DNA from: a virus
Reading direction: 5' to 3' (one strand)
Length of the DNA: 64,000 nt
IMG/VR virus record: IMGVR_UViG_3300031857_000034
Location: 1-64,000 of that record
Shown: in pieces, positions 47,401 to 57,332 of the stretch
How the letters are laid out: each line of letters starts with the position of its first letter
Numbering within the stretch: the stretch's first letter is position 1
Made by a program: the position numbers and the translations under genes
Notes under the pieces: generated by a model
Seen by the model: the letters and a program-made list of their open reading frames with translations, nothing else
What the model was told of the DNA's origin: nothing
The model's database searches: none

Positions 47401-47438
47401 AAAAAAATCCCCGTATCTTGCGATGTCGGGGATTCTTT
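47401..47438 (-). terminator. Rho-independent terminator
   Basis: AATCCCCG...CGGGGATT stem with a T tract on the minus strand. Confidence 0.7.
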
Positions 47439-47455
47439 GCAGTAGAACCAGTGCT

Positions 47456-47947
47456 TTAGGCGCTGGGAATCTGGACGATGTCAAATCTACCGCTGGTGCC
47501 CGAACCGTCGGGCTGTACTGTAGCGTTGGCGCTGGCAAATGTCAGATAGTGACCAACGTTGCTGAAATCCACACCATAGTTGTTTTGGATATACTGCATG
47601 GTAACATTGGCAGCACTGGCATCTGTGGCAACAATGGCCATTTGATTTTCTGTCAATGCAGCAACATCATCAGTATTGACCAACACACAGATATTGGCAT
47701 AGGCCTGTGTGGTATCTGTGGTCAGTGTGACCAGGAACTTGCGCTTGCCTTTTTGGCGGATGATGTATGCTTCACCTGCGCCTGCACCTGGTACGTTGGC
47801 CAGTACATTAGCAGCGAGATAAAATGTATCACTGACCGATGTATTACCACCAACAACACCAACGTTGGGCGTGGATGTAGGATAACCGATGTCGATCTGC
47901 ACGGATTGAGCAGTGTTGTATTTTGCGATTTTGAGTGGGCGTCCCAT
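47456..47947 (-). CDS. Hypothetical structural protein
   Basis: Starts MGRPLKI, contains YIIRQKG.RKFLV; strong SD AAGGAG; late promoter upstream. Confidence 0.75.
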   Translation of the reverse strand: MGRPLKIAKYNTAQSVQIDIGYPTSTPNVGVVGGNTSVSDTFYLAANVLANVPGAGAGEAYIIRQKGKRKFLVTLTTDTTQAYANICVLVNTDDVAALTENQMAIVATDASAANVTMQYIQNNYGVDFSNVGHYLTFASANATVQPDGSGTSGRFDIVQIPSA

Positions 47948-48045
47948 TTATTTCTCCTTGTTTAGATTGGGCTGACGTTCTAGGTCATACGCAGGGACCT
48001 GCATAAGTCTTGAGCGACTAGATATTTAGCGTTCTGGAGTAGAAA

Positions 48046-48324
48046 TCAAGGAGTGACCACAGTCATTTGCTGGGTCACAGGATCATAGTACAGTGGATAG
48101 GATCCTGCAGGAACCACATTGCCTGCGGACACAGCAATGCCACTGGCAACCAAGGTCAACTGGCCAAGGCTGTTGCCTATGTAAAGATTGGTAGTACCTT
48201 GTGCTACTACCAGTTCTCCAGGTCTGGCATTGCCATTGTAGTCCACGATAGACACCTGCGCATTGTCTTTCATGACAGCTCGGGTGATGCCAGTTATATC
48301 AGTATAAGGAGGAGGATTAGACAT
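48046..48324 (-). CDS. Hypothetical protein
   Basis: Start MSNPPPY; ARPGELVV....N.LYIGN..G.L resembles fibre N-terminal motifs. Confidence 0.6.
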   Translation of the reverse strand: MSNPPPYTDITGITRAVMKDNAQVSIVDYNGNARPGELVVAQGTTNLYIGNSLGQLTLVASGIAVSAGNVVPAGSYPLYYDPVTQQMTVVTP

Positions 48325-48335
48325 TTGATTAAAAC

Positions 48336-48467
48336 TTAAACAGCAGTGTTCATGGCTTCTCGAAGTTGCTGTCTTGCATCGCGCCAACTTGTAGCAGTGA
48401 TAACAAAATCTCTGTATTCTATGTTGCCGTTGATTCTAACTTGTGCGCGAAAGTTATAGGTCTTCAT
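48336..48467 (-). CDS. Small hypothetical protein (43 aa, below the ORF-track cutoff)
   Basis: MKTYNFRAQVRINGNIEYRDFVITATSWRDARQQLREAMNTAV; SD AAGGA and TAAATA upstream. Confidence 0.6.
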   Translation of the reverse strand: MKTYNFRAQVRINGNIEYRDFVITATSWRDARQQLREAMNTAV

Positions 48468-48507
48468 TGCAATTCCTTGGTATGAACTAATATTTATTAC
48501 CAATACA

Positions 48508-48534
48508 ACAAAAAGCCCCTTGCGGGGCTCTTTT
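48508..48534. terminator. Bidirectional terminator
   Basis: AGCCCC-TTGC-GGGGCT flanked by A and T tracts. Confidence 0.75.
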
Positions 48535-48754
48535 ACTGCTGGCTTACAAACCGGTTGAGTTTTTCGGCTTCTGCTATCACTGTGTCTGTGCTAGGAAAAT
48601 CCGGCAGTGCAGGAAAGTGGGCAGACTTGTCGCTTTCAAATCGGCTGTGGAATTCCTGGATCAGTGCATCGCGGCGCTGGAAGATGGGTGTTACCAGCAC
48701 TTCGTTGGCCAGTTTGAGTAGTTCGAGACGGATCTCGTAAGGTGTTTTGCTCAT
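48533..48754 (-). CDS. Hypothetical protein
   Basis: MSKTPYEIRLELLKLA...AEKLNRFVS; SD AAAGGAG. Confidence 0.75.
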   Translation of the reverse strand: MSKTPYEIRLELLKLANEVLVTPIFQRRDALIQEFHSRFESDKSAHFPALPDFPSTDTVIAEAEKLNRFVSQQ

Positions 48755-48824
48755 GATAGACTCCTTTCTGTGTGATGTGTATGTGCTACACGAGCAACAA
48801 TACTTAGCGGTAGATTTTCTAGTC

Positions 48825-48856
48825 AAAAAAAAAAGGCACATTTCTGTGCCTTCTTT
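48825..48856 (-). terminator. Terminator after the major capsid gene
   Basis: AAGGCACA-TTTC-TGTGCCTT followed by a long T run on the minus strand. Confidence 0.8.
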
Positions 48857-48900
48857 GTTTCCCATCCCGGGGAAGTATTGCAAGGATGTACAGCGAAGAA

Positions 48901-50094
48901 TTAACTGAACGACAGATTTTGGACGGCTATCTCGCCGACATAATCGCCCGCATTGCCAAAAGACGATGCAGTATTTGTCAATTCTATGTAGCCATATCTC
49001 GTCATAAACGAAACGACTGGCTCGAATGTGCTGGGATCCAGAACAACACCGCTTGACATCAAAGGAATGTATGGGCAGTAGAATGCTGGAGCATCAGCTT
49101 CGCTGGCGCCTTTGTAGCCAACCAGAACTGGTGTCGAGTCGTTAGCATAGCTATCAACATAAACACGCATAGCACTGTTGAGTGTACCAACAAACTTGGT
49201 GTTTGTGGGTGCTTCAAATGTGCCTTCTGTTGTGCGAGCAAAAGCAGAAGTTGTTGCGCTCTGGAGCACTGTCAAGGAAGCGGGCGAAACTACAGCGTAG
49301 TTACCTGCACCACGACGTGTGCGCTGAGCGATCAGGTTAGCAACACGATTGATCAGAACTGCCAGTGCGGCGTGCTCATCACCAACGTAGGTTGCTGTAC
49401 CACTAACGGTAGCCTGGTTGTATGTGAACTCTGTTGCAGCCAATGAACGCAGGCTCAGCAGGATCTCTTGGTCGATCTCAGTTGTGATCTCTTGTGCGAG
49501 AGCAGCCATGATTTCGGCCTCAACATCGATACCGTGCATTGCTTGTGCGTCTTGTGCAGCTTCAAATGTCCAACGAGCCTGGAGCTTACGTGTTTTAGCT
49601 TCAACGGCCTGCTTCAGGATTTGAACGGAAATCTTACGACCGCCGTCGCCTTCTAAAGCTGCTGTGTTGGAACCAGTGTAAGTGCTCTGAGTTGCGCTTG
49701 TGCTTGCACCAGCAGAGTATGCTGTTGCAATCAAGAACGGGCTCAGTGCTTCCTGGCCAGCTGTAACGCTGGTTGCTGCTGCTGATGTGTCTGTCATGCT
49801 TTGTGCATAACGAACACGCAGAGTGTGGATCTGACCAACGGGGCCAGTCATGGGCTGTACACCAACGAGTTCGTTGGCAATAACAGTTGGCATAACACGG
49901 CGGATCACTGGAAGGATCACACGATTCAGTGTAGCGATATTACCGCTAACTGTGGTACCTGCAGATGACTCTTTCAGGTACTTGCGAGTGTTTTCTAAAA
50001 CTACACCCATTGTGCTGCGACGGGAACCATTGAGTCCTTCTAGTAGGGCTTCTTTGGTCTCGTCCCAACGGCTTTCTAACAGTTCTTGTGACAT
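48901..50094 (-). CDS. Major capsid protein (T4 gp23-like)
   Basis: RRVMP..IA.ELVGVQPMTGP, A.TRKL.ARWT.E.AQD..A.HG.D.E, EID.EI, YCPYIPL, TRYG. Confidence 0.97.
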   Translation of the reverse strand: MSQELLESRWDETKEALLEGLNGSRRSTMGVVLENTRKYLKESSAGTTVSGNIATLNRVILPVIRRVMPTVIANELVGVQPMTGPVGQIHTLRVRYAQSMTDTSAAATSVTAGQEALSPFLIATAYSAGASTSATQSTYTGSNTAALEGDGGRKISVQILKQAVEAKTRKLQARWTFEAAQDAQAMHGIDVEAEIMAALAQEITTEIDQEILLSLRSLAATEFTYNQATVSGTATYVGDEHAALAVLINRVANLIAQRTRRGAGNYAVVSPASLTVLQSATTSAFARTTEGTFEAPTNTKFVGTLNSAMRVYVDSYANDSTPVLVGYKGASEADAPAFYCPYIPLMSSGVVLDPSTFEPVVSFMTRYGYIELTNTASSFGNAGDYVGEIAVQNLSFS

Positions 50095-50121
50095 GATTCT
50101 CTCCTGTTTCTTGTCGTAAGA

Positions 50122-51222
50122 TTAAAGCCCTGCCAGTCTCTTGAGCTCAATGACGTTTGATGCGTCATCAGACTTGGGTTTGACGGCAGATTTATCACCA
50201 GTGACTTCTTTGTGTACGCTTTCGGTAATGGTCTGTTTTGCAACAGCCACTTTCCGAGCGGCGTTCTCAAGAACTGCTGGTAGATACTTTTCAAAAGCAG
50301 TGCGAAGACGAGGTGTTTGCACGCTTTCTAGTAAGTTACGCATGATTTCTGCTTTTTCCTCGTTTAAAGGAGAGAGCAATTCATCCATAGTGCGGCTACG
50401 CTCTGTGGACTCCTTGATCATACGAACTTCACGTTCCTTGTTCTCAACCAATACTTTGGCAGTACGAGTTGATTCAATGGCTTCGGCCAATTTCTGTTCT
50501 TTGTCAGCAATCACAGCCCGGAGCTTGCGTACTTCGGCATTCTCATTGAGATGAGTGCCTGCAAACTCTGTGACATATGCTTCAAAGATACGACGACCAA
50601 AATTGTTCTCTCGAGCAATTTTAACGTCTTCTTTGAGCTGAGTAAGTTCAGAACGTAGATGTTCAGCAACACGCTGACCTAACTTGGCAGCAGATTCTTT
50701 TACAAACTGCTGTTTCAATGCTGTGAGTTGCTTCTTGGCTTCAGACACAAGTTTGACTTTGGTGTTAACCACGTCACGCTTGTCCTGGGCAAATTCAGTA
50801 ATCTCACGAGCCAAAGCTTCAATTACAAATCGTTCTAAACGATCCACGCTCTCGGTATGAGTGCGACGATCCGAACGTAGTTCCTTGATTTCCTCAGCAA
50901 GTTTACCAACCATGAAGTTGTTAAACTTCTCGGCTGATTCTTTCATCTTGACTTGGAAACGCACACGGTCTTCATTGAGACCACGGCGCTCTTCTTGGAA
51001 CTCTTGCATTTCTGCTTTGAGGCCTTCGGTTACCATGCGATCTAGGGCTTCGACCATAACTGACTTGTCATGCTCATAGCGTTGTGCAAATTCCTCACGG
51101 AGTTCTGCACGCACCTGCTCACGAGCTTCATTTAGTTTGGCCTCAAATGCTTCTGTGATGGCTTCACCAGTTGACTCGTTGATCAGTTGGCTATCTAGCA
51201 ATGGTTTGATTGCGTCTAGCAT
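50122..51222 (-). CDS. Prohead core scaffold protein (T4 gp22-like)
   Basis: Long coiled coil between the protease and MCP genes, with many xxE sites. Confidence 0.85.
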   Translation of the reverse strand: MLDAIKPLLDSQLINESTGEAITEAFEAKLNEAREQVRAELREEFAQRYEHDKSVMVEALDRMVTEGLKAEMQEFQEERRGLNEDRVRFQVKMKESAEKFNNFMVGKLAEEIKELRSDRRTHTESVDRLERFVIEALAREITEFAQDKRDVVNTKVKLVSEAKKQLTALKQQFVKESAAKLGQRVAEHLRSELTQLKEDVKIARENNFGRRIFEAYVTEFAGTHLNENAEVRKLRAVIADKEQKLAEAIESTRTAKVLVENKEREVRMIKESTERSRTMDELLSPLNEEKAEIMRNLLESVQTPRLRTAFEKYLPAVLENAARKVAVAKQTITESVHKEVTGDKSAVKPKSDDASNVIELKRLAGL

Positions 51223-51231
51223 TACGATCTC

Positions 51232-51882
51232 CTAAATCTTCAGATCCTTGATGAACTTGACAATCTCGTTCTTCAAGTGTTTCTGTGCAAGTGTGTCACC
51301 GCCCACAGCATTCTTGCTCATATCAAACATTCTATGTCCGTATCTCATGTTCATGAGGCTTTCATACACTGTTCGAGGATAAGCGTTTGGTGCTGATGGC
51401 TGTGCCACGATGTCGACAGTGACTATTTCAAAGTCACTGACACGTCCGGTCGCGTCATCAACATTACCTGATCCGCGACTCGAAACTCCTAATTTCACAC
51501 CCGACTGCAGCATTGTATCAACTAACTTGCCCATGGGTGTGGGTAACAACTTCAGTTTACCTATGCCGTTGGGGCCATCCATCCACATTTTCTGGATCAT
51601 ATGGCTCACACGGTCTAGATTAATTTTTAAATCTTCTGGATGATCTACTTCACCGCACACAGAGAATCCACCGTTGATCTGCTCATTGAGCTGATCCACT
51701 GCTGATCTAATCTGTTGCACTGGGTAAACTCGTCCATTGGCGTTTTTAACGTCACCCTGGATAAAGATGCCTTCCATGAAAGTGGAGGGCTCTTTACCTG
51801 GAGCTTCTTCTCGGCTCTCAACCACGATCTTGGCAGCATCGTAACTGAGAACTTCTTGTAAGTGACGGTTCCCTTTAAACAT
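51232..51882 (-). CDS. Prohead protease (T4 gp21-like)
   Basis: GIFIQ...KN.NGRVY, GE.DHP, VSH, TPMG, GVSSRG.G, D.V..PSAP.A. Confidence 0.95.
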   Translation of the reverse strand: MFKGNRHLQEVLSYDAAKIVVESREEAPGKEPSTFMEGIFIQGDVKNANGRVYPVQQIRSAVDQLNEQINGGFSVCGEVDHPEDLKINLDRVSHMIQKMWMDGPNGIGKLKLLPTPMGKLVDTMLQSGVKLGVSSRGSGNVDDATGRVSDFEIVTVDIVAQPSAPNAYPRTVYESLMNMRYGHRMFDMSKNAVGGDTLAQKHLKNEIVKFIKDLKI

Positions 51883-51887
51883 CTAGA

Positions 51888-52766
51888 TTAGCTCTTGATT
51901 GCTTTTAAAGGACTCTTGGTGTTAACACCCGAAGCCTGGCTCAGCGTGGGCTTGGTAGCAGGTTTCATGGGAGCCATGTTTTTACCAGCAGTGTTCTGCA
52001 GGCCAGACTCAATGTCAGGTGCTTTTTGTGTTGTTGGTGCTTTGGTACCATCGGGGTTTTCAGCAGTAAACTTGCTGGAAGCAGGTTTGGCCACCGAACC
52101 AGTTACACTGGCGCCGGCATTGTTAGCGTTTGGGCTTTTGGAGTCAACACGCAGTTTGTCACCGCCTGTTGTGCCTTGACCTGCCAAACGATCACCACGG
52201 TCAACAGCAACTTTTTGCAGTTGAACGTTTTCTGCTAGGCTTTCCTCAACTTCTTCTTCTTCGGCTTCTACTTCTGAACCCATGGTCATTTCATCGTCTT
52301 CTTCGCCGTCGACCATACCATCGTCGCCGCCAATGACTTCTTCAAATTTGGCCAGTAGTTCGTCTAGTTTGCTGTCAATGCTGGCGATATCACCTTCGAG
52401 ATCGCCGCCTGCGCCCATTTCGTCGGCAAAATCATCGCCGCCAACCATTTCTTCTTCGGCACCCATGTCCATGACTTCTTCGTCATCTTCCATGGCTGTT
52501 TCATCGGCATCAACATTGGCACTGATATCGTTCATCAGTTGATCTGCTGCATCGCCGCCCATGGTTTCCATTTCCATGGACTCTTCCATTTCTTCATCTG
52601 CAGATTCTTCCAAATCCTCATCGGATTCTTCTTTGAGTTCTGCTGCCATGAGGTCTTCATAGATACCACGGCTTTTTTCCACTACGATTTCGTGAAAAAG
52701 GTCACGAGCCTTTTGTTCTTCGTCGTTAATGACGTACTCAATGAGTTTTTCAAACTTGCTTGACAT
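51888..52766 (-). CDS. Acidic prohead core protein (gp67/gp68-like)
   Basis: Very D/E/M-rich, with LKEE, LEES, MEES, LAEN sites; lies between portal and protease. Confidence 0.7.
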   Translation of the reverse strand: MSSKFEKLIEYVINDEEQKARDLFHEIVVEKSRGIYEDLMAAELKEESDEDLEESADEEMEESMEMETMGGDAADQLMNDISANVDADETAMEDDEEVMDMGAEEEMVGGDDFADEMGAGGDLEGDIASIDSKLDELLAKFEEVIGGDDGMVDGEEDDEMTMGSEVEAEEEEVEESLAENVQLQKVAVDRGDRLAGQGTTGGDKLRVDSKSPNANNAGASVTGSVAKPASSKFTAENPDGTKAPTTQKAPDIESGLQNTAGKNMAPMKPATKPTLSQASGVNTKSPLKAIKS

Positions 52767-52821
52767 TTTTTGGTTCCTTTTCTAGAATAAGGTTTGTGTA
52801 GAGTTATTTACTGCACATATT

Positions 52822-52850
52822 AAAAAACCAGCCACTTATGGCTGGTTTTC
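52822..52850. terminator. Terminator
   Basis: AAAACCAGCCA-CTTA-TGGCTGGTTTT. Confidence 0.75.
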
Positions 52851-52886
52851 TGGTAGAAATATTTATGTATTATGACTTGGGCTGTA

Positions 52887-53108
52887 TCATAAGCCCGGCA
52901 CCGCAGGAGGCGGTGCATACTGTTTGCGGATGTACTTTAATTTCTCATCGTACTCAAACTTGCGCACTTCTTGCATACGGCGTATTTTATTGATCTGAGT
53001 CAAGGTAAGTTTGGTTTTACGCAGTTGGCGCAGTTTAGGACGGCTGTTGTCGTCCTGTAAGTCCTGATAGCCTTCGGGCTCTTTGTCAAATAATTCAAGA
53101 AAATTCAT
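52887..53108 (-). CDS. Small head-module protein
   Basis: RK.KLTL.QINK.R.M...R..E; TAAATA 5 nt upstream. Confidence 0.7.
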   Translation of the reverse strand: MNFLELFDKEPEGYQDLQDDNSRPKLRQLRKTKLTLTQINKIRRMQEVRKFEYDEKLKYIRKQYAPPPAVPGL

Positions 53109-53129
53109 AATGATATTTACTTGATTTTG

Positions 53130-54866
53130 TCAAACTGCTGGTGGTGCACCAGGCGCAGTGATAGTGCTGGCTGCAGGCGGTGCTGCTGCTCCGGGTGCTC
53201 CAAGATCATCTGCACCCAGGTCTCCAGCACCCGCGCCTTCGGGTGGCAGTCCTGCAAGATCTGCTTCAAATCCTCCAGGACTGATGCCCACTGAACGCAG
53301 TTCTGAACCTTGGCTGCCTTGTGCTGCAGGCTCGTCGCGCTCTTCGCGCCACATTTCTTCGTTTTCCAACACTTCTTCTTCGGTCAGACCCAGATAACGT
53401 TTCAGCAAGAAACGCTTGCTCATATAAGGCAGTGGTTCCAAAGTGGTAAAAGTGCTGACCCTGCTGGTATCCAACTCTGCTTCACGGTAAGCAGCAAAGT
53501 TCTGCGGTGGATTGAATTCCAGATCAAACAAACTGGAATCAATGTTGAATCCACGCCAGCGCATGAACATCTTGAACTCATCATCCAACTTGTGCAGTAT
53601 CAACTGCTGTAGACGTTTGCAGTATTCGTTGAAACGGAATTCTTGTATGAGTGCTGTGCCCACACGCCCATCGCTGAGTGGTGTGGTAGAGTCATCGGGA
53701 CCAGTGGGCAAGTAAGATGAAGGCACACGCAGTCCACGCATCATCATGTTGTTGAAATACTTGAGATCGTCGATCTCGCCCACGGCCTGGCCACCTTGCA
53801 GCATTTCTACCCGAGATCCGCGACCTTCTGCTGTCTGTGGAAAAAAGTAATCTTCGTTGATGCTGAGTGGATTGTAGGTGGCATCCAAGATGTTCATGCT
53901 TCCACCGGTCAAGGTAGGAATACGTCGCTGATGTATTTCGTTTTTCACACGCTCAACAAACTGCATGGCCAAGTGCGAAGGCATGTTGCCCACGTCGATG
54001 TAAAACACACGCCGCTCTGGCGCACGCTGTACACGATATATCAGGATGGAATCTTCTAGCAGTTCTTTCTGCTTGTAGACCTTGAAAATGCTTTCCAGTA
54101 TGCTTTGTCCAAATGGCCAGTAGAAATCCAAACCTTCTGACAGACTCAAATGCACCACGTGTTCAGCAGCGATAGCCGACTCGTTTTGGCTGAGACTGAA
54201 ACGTGATCCTTGATTGAACGGATTTGAAGGCACTGTATAGCCCGGCTGACCGCCCCAGGAGCCCTGCTGCGGCTGATTGGCATAGGCAGCGTCTGTGGCA
54301 ATGGCTGAGATAGTTAGATTCTGGAAGTTGGGGTTGATGTCACGCACAATGTACTGCTCAGGGCGCTTGCCTTCTGATTCGTTAACGATTACACGGCTGA
54401 CCTTGGTCATGTCCACATAGTACAGTTCAAAAGTCTGTGGATCACGGATAAACACCTGATCGCCGTACTTGATCACATTGCGGAACATCTTGAACATACG
54501 CTGATCAAACTTGTTGAGTTTGACCCAGGCCTGCAGCTGTTCTTTGATGATTTTTACTTCATGATCTGTGGCTTTTTCCTTGTACTTGACATTGAAACTG
54601 GTGCCGTTTTGCAGGTTTTTTTGCGTGGAAAATTCAGAGATAATGTCCAAACAGGCATTGATCTGTGCATCAGTGTCCATGGCTTCATACTGATTATAGC
54701 GTTCAATACGGTTGGGATGGCCCGAATACACTTCAGGCAAGCGTGACGCATAGTTACGGAAACCAAAATCTGCGCCATAGTTGCGGCTCTGCGCTGTGCT
54801 GCCTGATATGGGGCTCATGGAGCCGTCGCCGGGGTTGGCTACTTTAAAGTGTTTTTTCCAAGACAT
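53130..54866 (-). CDS. Portal protein (T4 gp20-like)
   Basis: EDSILIYRVQRAPERRVFYIDVGNMP, EDYFFP...GRG..VE.L.GG, DL.YF, L.VP.S. Confidence 0.96.
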   Translation of the reverse strand: MSWKKHFKVANPGDGSMSPISGSTAQSRNYGADFGFRNYASRLPEVYSGHPNRIERYNQYEAMDTDAQINACLDIISEFSTQKNLQNGTSFNVKYKEKATDHEVKIIKEQLQAWVKLNKFDQRMFKMFRNVIKYGDQVFIRDPQTFELYYVDMTKVSRVIVNESEGKRPEQYIVRDINPNFQNLTISAIATDAAYANQPQQGSWGGQPGYTVPSNPFNQGSRFSLSQNESAIAAEHVVHLSLSEGLDFYWPFGQSILESIFKVYKQKELLEDSILIYRVQRAPERRVFYIDVGNMPSHLAMQFVERVKNEIHQRRIPTLTGGSMNILDATYNPLSINEDYFFPQTAEGRGSRVEMLQGGQAVGEIDDLKYFNNMMMRGLRVPSSYLPTGPDDSTTPLSDGRVGTALIQEFRFNEYCKRLQQLILHKLDDEFKMFMRWRGFNIDSSLFDLEFNPPQNFAAYREAELDTSRVSTFTTLEPLPYMSKRFLLKRYLGLTEEEVLENEEMWREERDEPAAQGSQGSELRSVGISPGGFEADLAGLPPEGAGAGDLGADDLGAPGAAAPPAASTITAPGAPPAV

Positions 54867-54901
54867 AGGTGTGTGGGATCCTTGCTATTACTTAGCGGGT
54901 T

Positions 54902-57286
54902 TTACATCTGCTGCTGGAGTATTTTGGAGTTGATGTCGTTGTTGGTGTTCATTTTATCGCTGATGTTCTGCAGTTTATCTATCATGATCTGCATCTGATC
55001 TGCGCTGGCAAAACGATTTAGAGCTTGTAGCATGGCTTCGGATTTCTGCAGTTGTTGTTCTAAAAATTGACTTTGCTGTGTCATTGATTCGTTGATCTTG
55101 GGCAGCGTATCTGAGAACATGGCATCCGAGTTCATGCCCATTGGTGCAGAATCACGGAAACTCACAGGTATGCTGCGATTGTTGGCGAGAGGCACTATGG
55201 CTTCTAGTCCGTGCAACAGTGCTGTATAACCTGATTCGGGACCGTCGGCAATGCCGCCATCTTTGTATCCTTTTTTGTAGAAATGCACAGGATCATTAGG
55301 AATGTCGTTGGCAAAACCGTATTTTTCGTGCAGGCCCATGGCCTTGATCTTGCGTGCCTGAGCAGTATCAATGTCCACGGCCTTGCCTTTTTCGTGTAAA
55401 CTTGTTCCTGGTGCAGCCACGGGCCTGCCTGCGTTTTTAGATTCATTGGCCTTGAGGCGTTCTTGATCTTCGCGTGTTCTAAATGCCGAAGTTAATTTGA
55501 CTTTTTCTTTGGTCTCCTTGTGGTACTCGGTGGCCATTTTTAAAAAATCTTCTTTGGTTTTGGGATCTAACCCTTCAAAAGCCTGCCGTGATCCACTTTT
55601 ATCACCAAAATCAATCACATCGTCGGGATTGGTCTTGAAGGCATCTACATAGGAATGATCTATCAGACCAAGGGCACCTGCTATACCGCCAACTATGCCA
55701 CCAATGACACCACCTGCAACTGTGCCCACACCTGGTACCACTGATCCAATGACAGCTCCTCCTGCCCCCAGAGCAGCAGCTCCTGCAGCCGCACCGCCGA
55801 GTCCACTGGGCGATCTTTCTTGTGCCCGCAGGGCCTCGGCTCTCTGGCCAGTGAGTTTGTTGATAGTCTCAGTCATGGTCTTCAACGCACTGGTAGCAGG
55901 CACTATGCCTGCTTCCACGAAACTCTGTAGACTGTTACGAACTTGTTCGGCAGCGATACGTCTTTTGTTTTCGGCTTCAGTGGCAGCATCTAATCCTTTG
56001 GTCATGGCATCGGCGGACTTGGCACCTTGTTCTTGGCGATTTTTAAGATCGCCGGCTGCTGCAAGATCTAGCAGTTCCGGTAATGAACCAAAAGTTTCTT
56101 CCATTATCTCGGGTGTTTGCTGAGCCACTCGACCCATAGTTGCCTGTAGTTTTTGTCCGCCTTGGGCTATCAATGTCGTCATACCCAAGACTGTTTGTTT
56201 GCCGGTCTTGATGTCGGCCACTTGTTTGTTGAGATCCACGCCTGCAGCTGCTGCTGCCAACTGTAATTTTTTATAATCTTCGCTGCCAAATTGTCCTGTC
56301 AGTGCTGCTTTGACACCATCGGCTGTTTTGCTTGCACCTCGAGCTTGTAGCACACCCACTTCTTCTAGCATCTGCTCGCCGCGTGCTGCCATTTCTTTAC
56401 CACCAGCAGACATCTGTTGTACCAAAGACCTCATGGCAGTTTCAGCAAGATTTCGCTTGCGATTCTTGTCTAACTCATCGGTACTGACACCAAATGCCTT
56501 GCTGAGTGCATCAGTGGCTTTGGTCATGCGTTCAAACTCTGCTATGGAAACATTGGTCTTGTTGCCCAACTGAGTCTGCAGATTGATGTAAACTGCTTGT
56601 CTTTTGTTCAGTTCGTCTTGGCTGCCTGTCAATCTACGCAGGCCCACAAAGGTACTGTTGGCATTTTTTCGTAGATTGTCTGAAAATTCACCAAATGCGA
56701 TAGCGCCTTTTTCTGCGGTACCGCCAAAGTCACCCAGAGTCTGAGCATTGCTACTGAGCAAGGCAACTGCTTTGTCTACTTCATTGAGACCATAGTTGAG
56801 TTCTACCATGCGACCTGCCAGGCCGCTCATGCCCGATTCGGTGGCCAGTCCTGTGTCACGTAATTTGTACAAACTGGTATACAGTGAGTCAGTGGTCTCT
56901 GCTACTTTTTCAAAGTATTTGCCGCCCAGTTTCAGCAGCTGGCCTCCAACAAATGTCAGACCCTTGATGATTATGCCGCCGGGCATGAGCATAGACAAGC
57001 CGCTGACTAGATCACCAATTTCCCCAGCAAATGACGACAAGGCCTTGGCCGAAGCTTTGGCACTGGTATCACCGGCCAGCAAGGATGAGCCAAGTTGCGT
57101 AGCAGCGCCAGCAGCAGCGCCAGCAGCCACACTCCATTTTTTAGCGTTGAGGATCTGTGCTTGTTGTACTTTTTGCAGTTGTTCTAACTGCTGTGCGGTG
57201 CCAGCAGTAACTGCGCCGTATTTTTGAATTTCTTCTTGGGCACGTTTGGTTGCTTCGGCAAATTCTCTTAGATATTGTTGATCCAT
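54902..57286 (-). CDS. Tape-measure-like/baseplate hub protein with an M15 (VanY-like) peptidase domain
   Basis: Long Ala-rich helical body, Gly-rich TM-like segments, and SAFRT.EDQ..L...AAPGTSLHEKGKAVDI...DPVHF. Confidence 0.75.
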   Translation of the reverse strand: MDQQYLREFAEATKRAQEEIQKYGAVTAGTAQQLEQLQKVQQAQILNAKKWSVAAGAAAGAATQLGSSLLAGDTSAKASAKALSSFAGEIGDLVSGLSMLMPGGIIIKGLTFVGGQLLKLGGKYFEKVAETTDSLYTSLYKLRDTGLATESGMSGLAGRMVELNYGLNEVDKAVALLSSNAQTLGDFGGTAEKGAIAFGEFSDNLRKNANSTFVGLRRLTGSQDELNKRQAVYINLQTQLGNKTNVSIAEFERMTKATDALSKAFGVSTDELDKNRKRNLAETAMRSLVQQMSAGGKEMAARGEQMLEEVGVLQARGASKTADGVKAALTGQFGSEDYKKLQLAAAAAGVDLNKQVADIKTGKQTVLGMTTLIAQGGQKLQATMGRVAQQTPEIMEETFGSLPELLDLAAAGDLKNRQEQGAKSADAMTKGLDAATEAENKRRIAAEQVRNSLQSFVEAGIVPATSALKTMTETINKLTGQRAEALRAQERSPSGLGGAAAGAAALGAGGAVIGSVVPGVGTVAGGVIGGIVGGIAGALGLIDHSYVDAFKTNPDDVIDFGDKSGSRQAFEGLDPKTKEDFLKMATEYHKETKEKVKLTSAFRTREDQERLKANESKNAGRPVAAPGTSLHEKGKAVDIDTAQARKIKAMGLHEKYGFANDIPNDPVHFYKKGYKDGGIADGPESGYTALLHGLEAIVPLANNRSIPVSFRDSAPMGMNSDAMFSDTLPKINESMTQQSQFLEQQLQKSEAMLQALNRFASADQMQIMIDKLQNISDKMNTNNDINSKILQQQM

Positions 57287-57332
57287 TGTTTAACCGCAAT
57301 AAGTAGTGTTACCTTATTTATTGGACAGAAAA

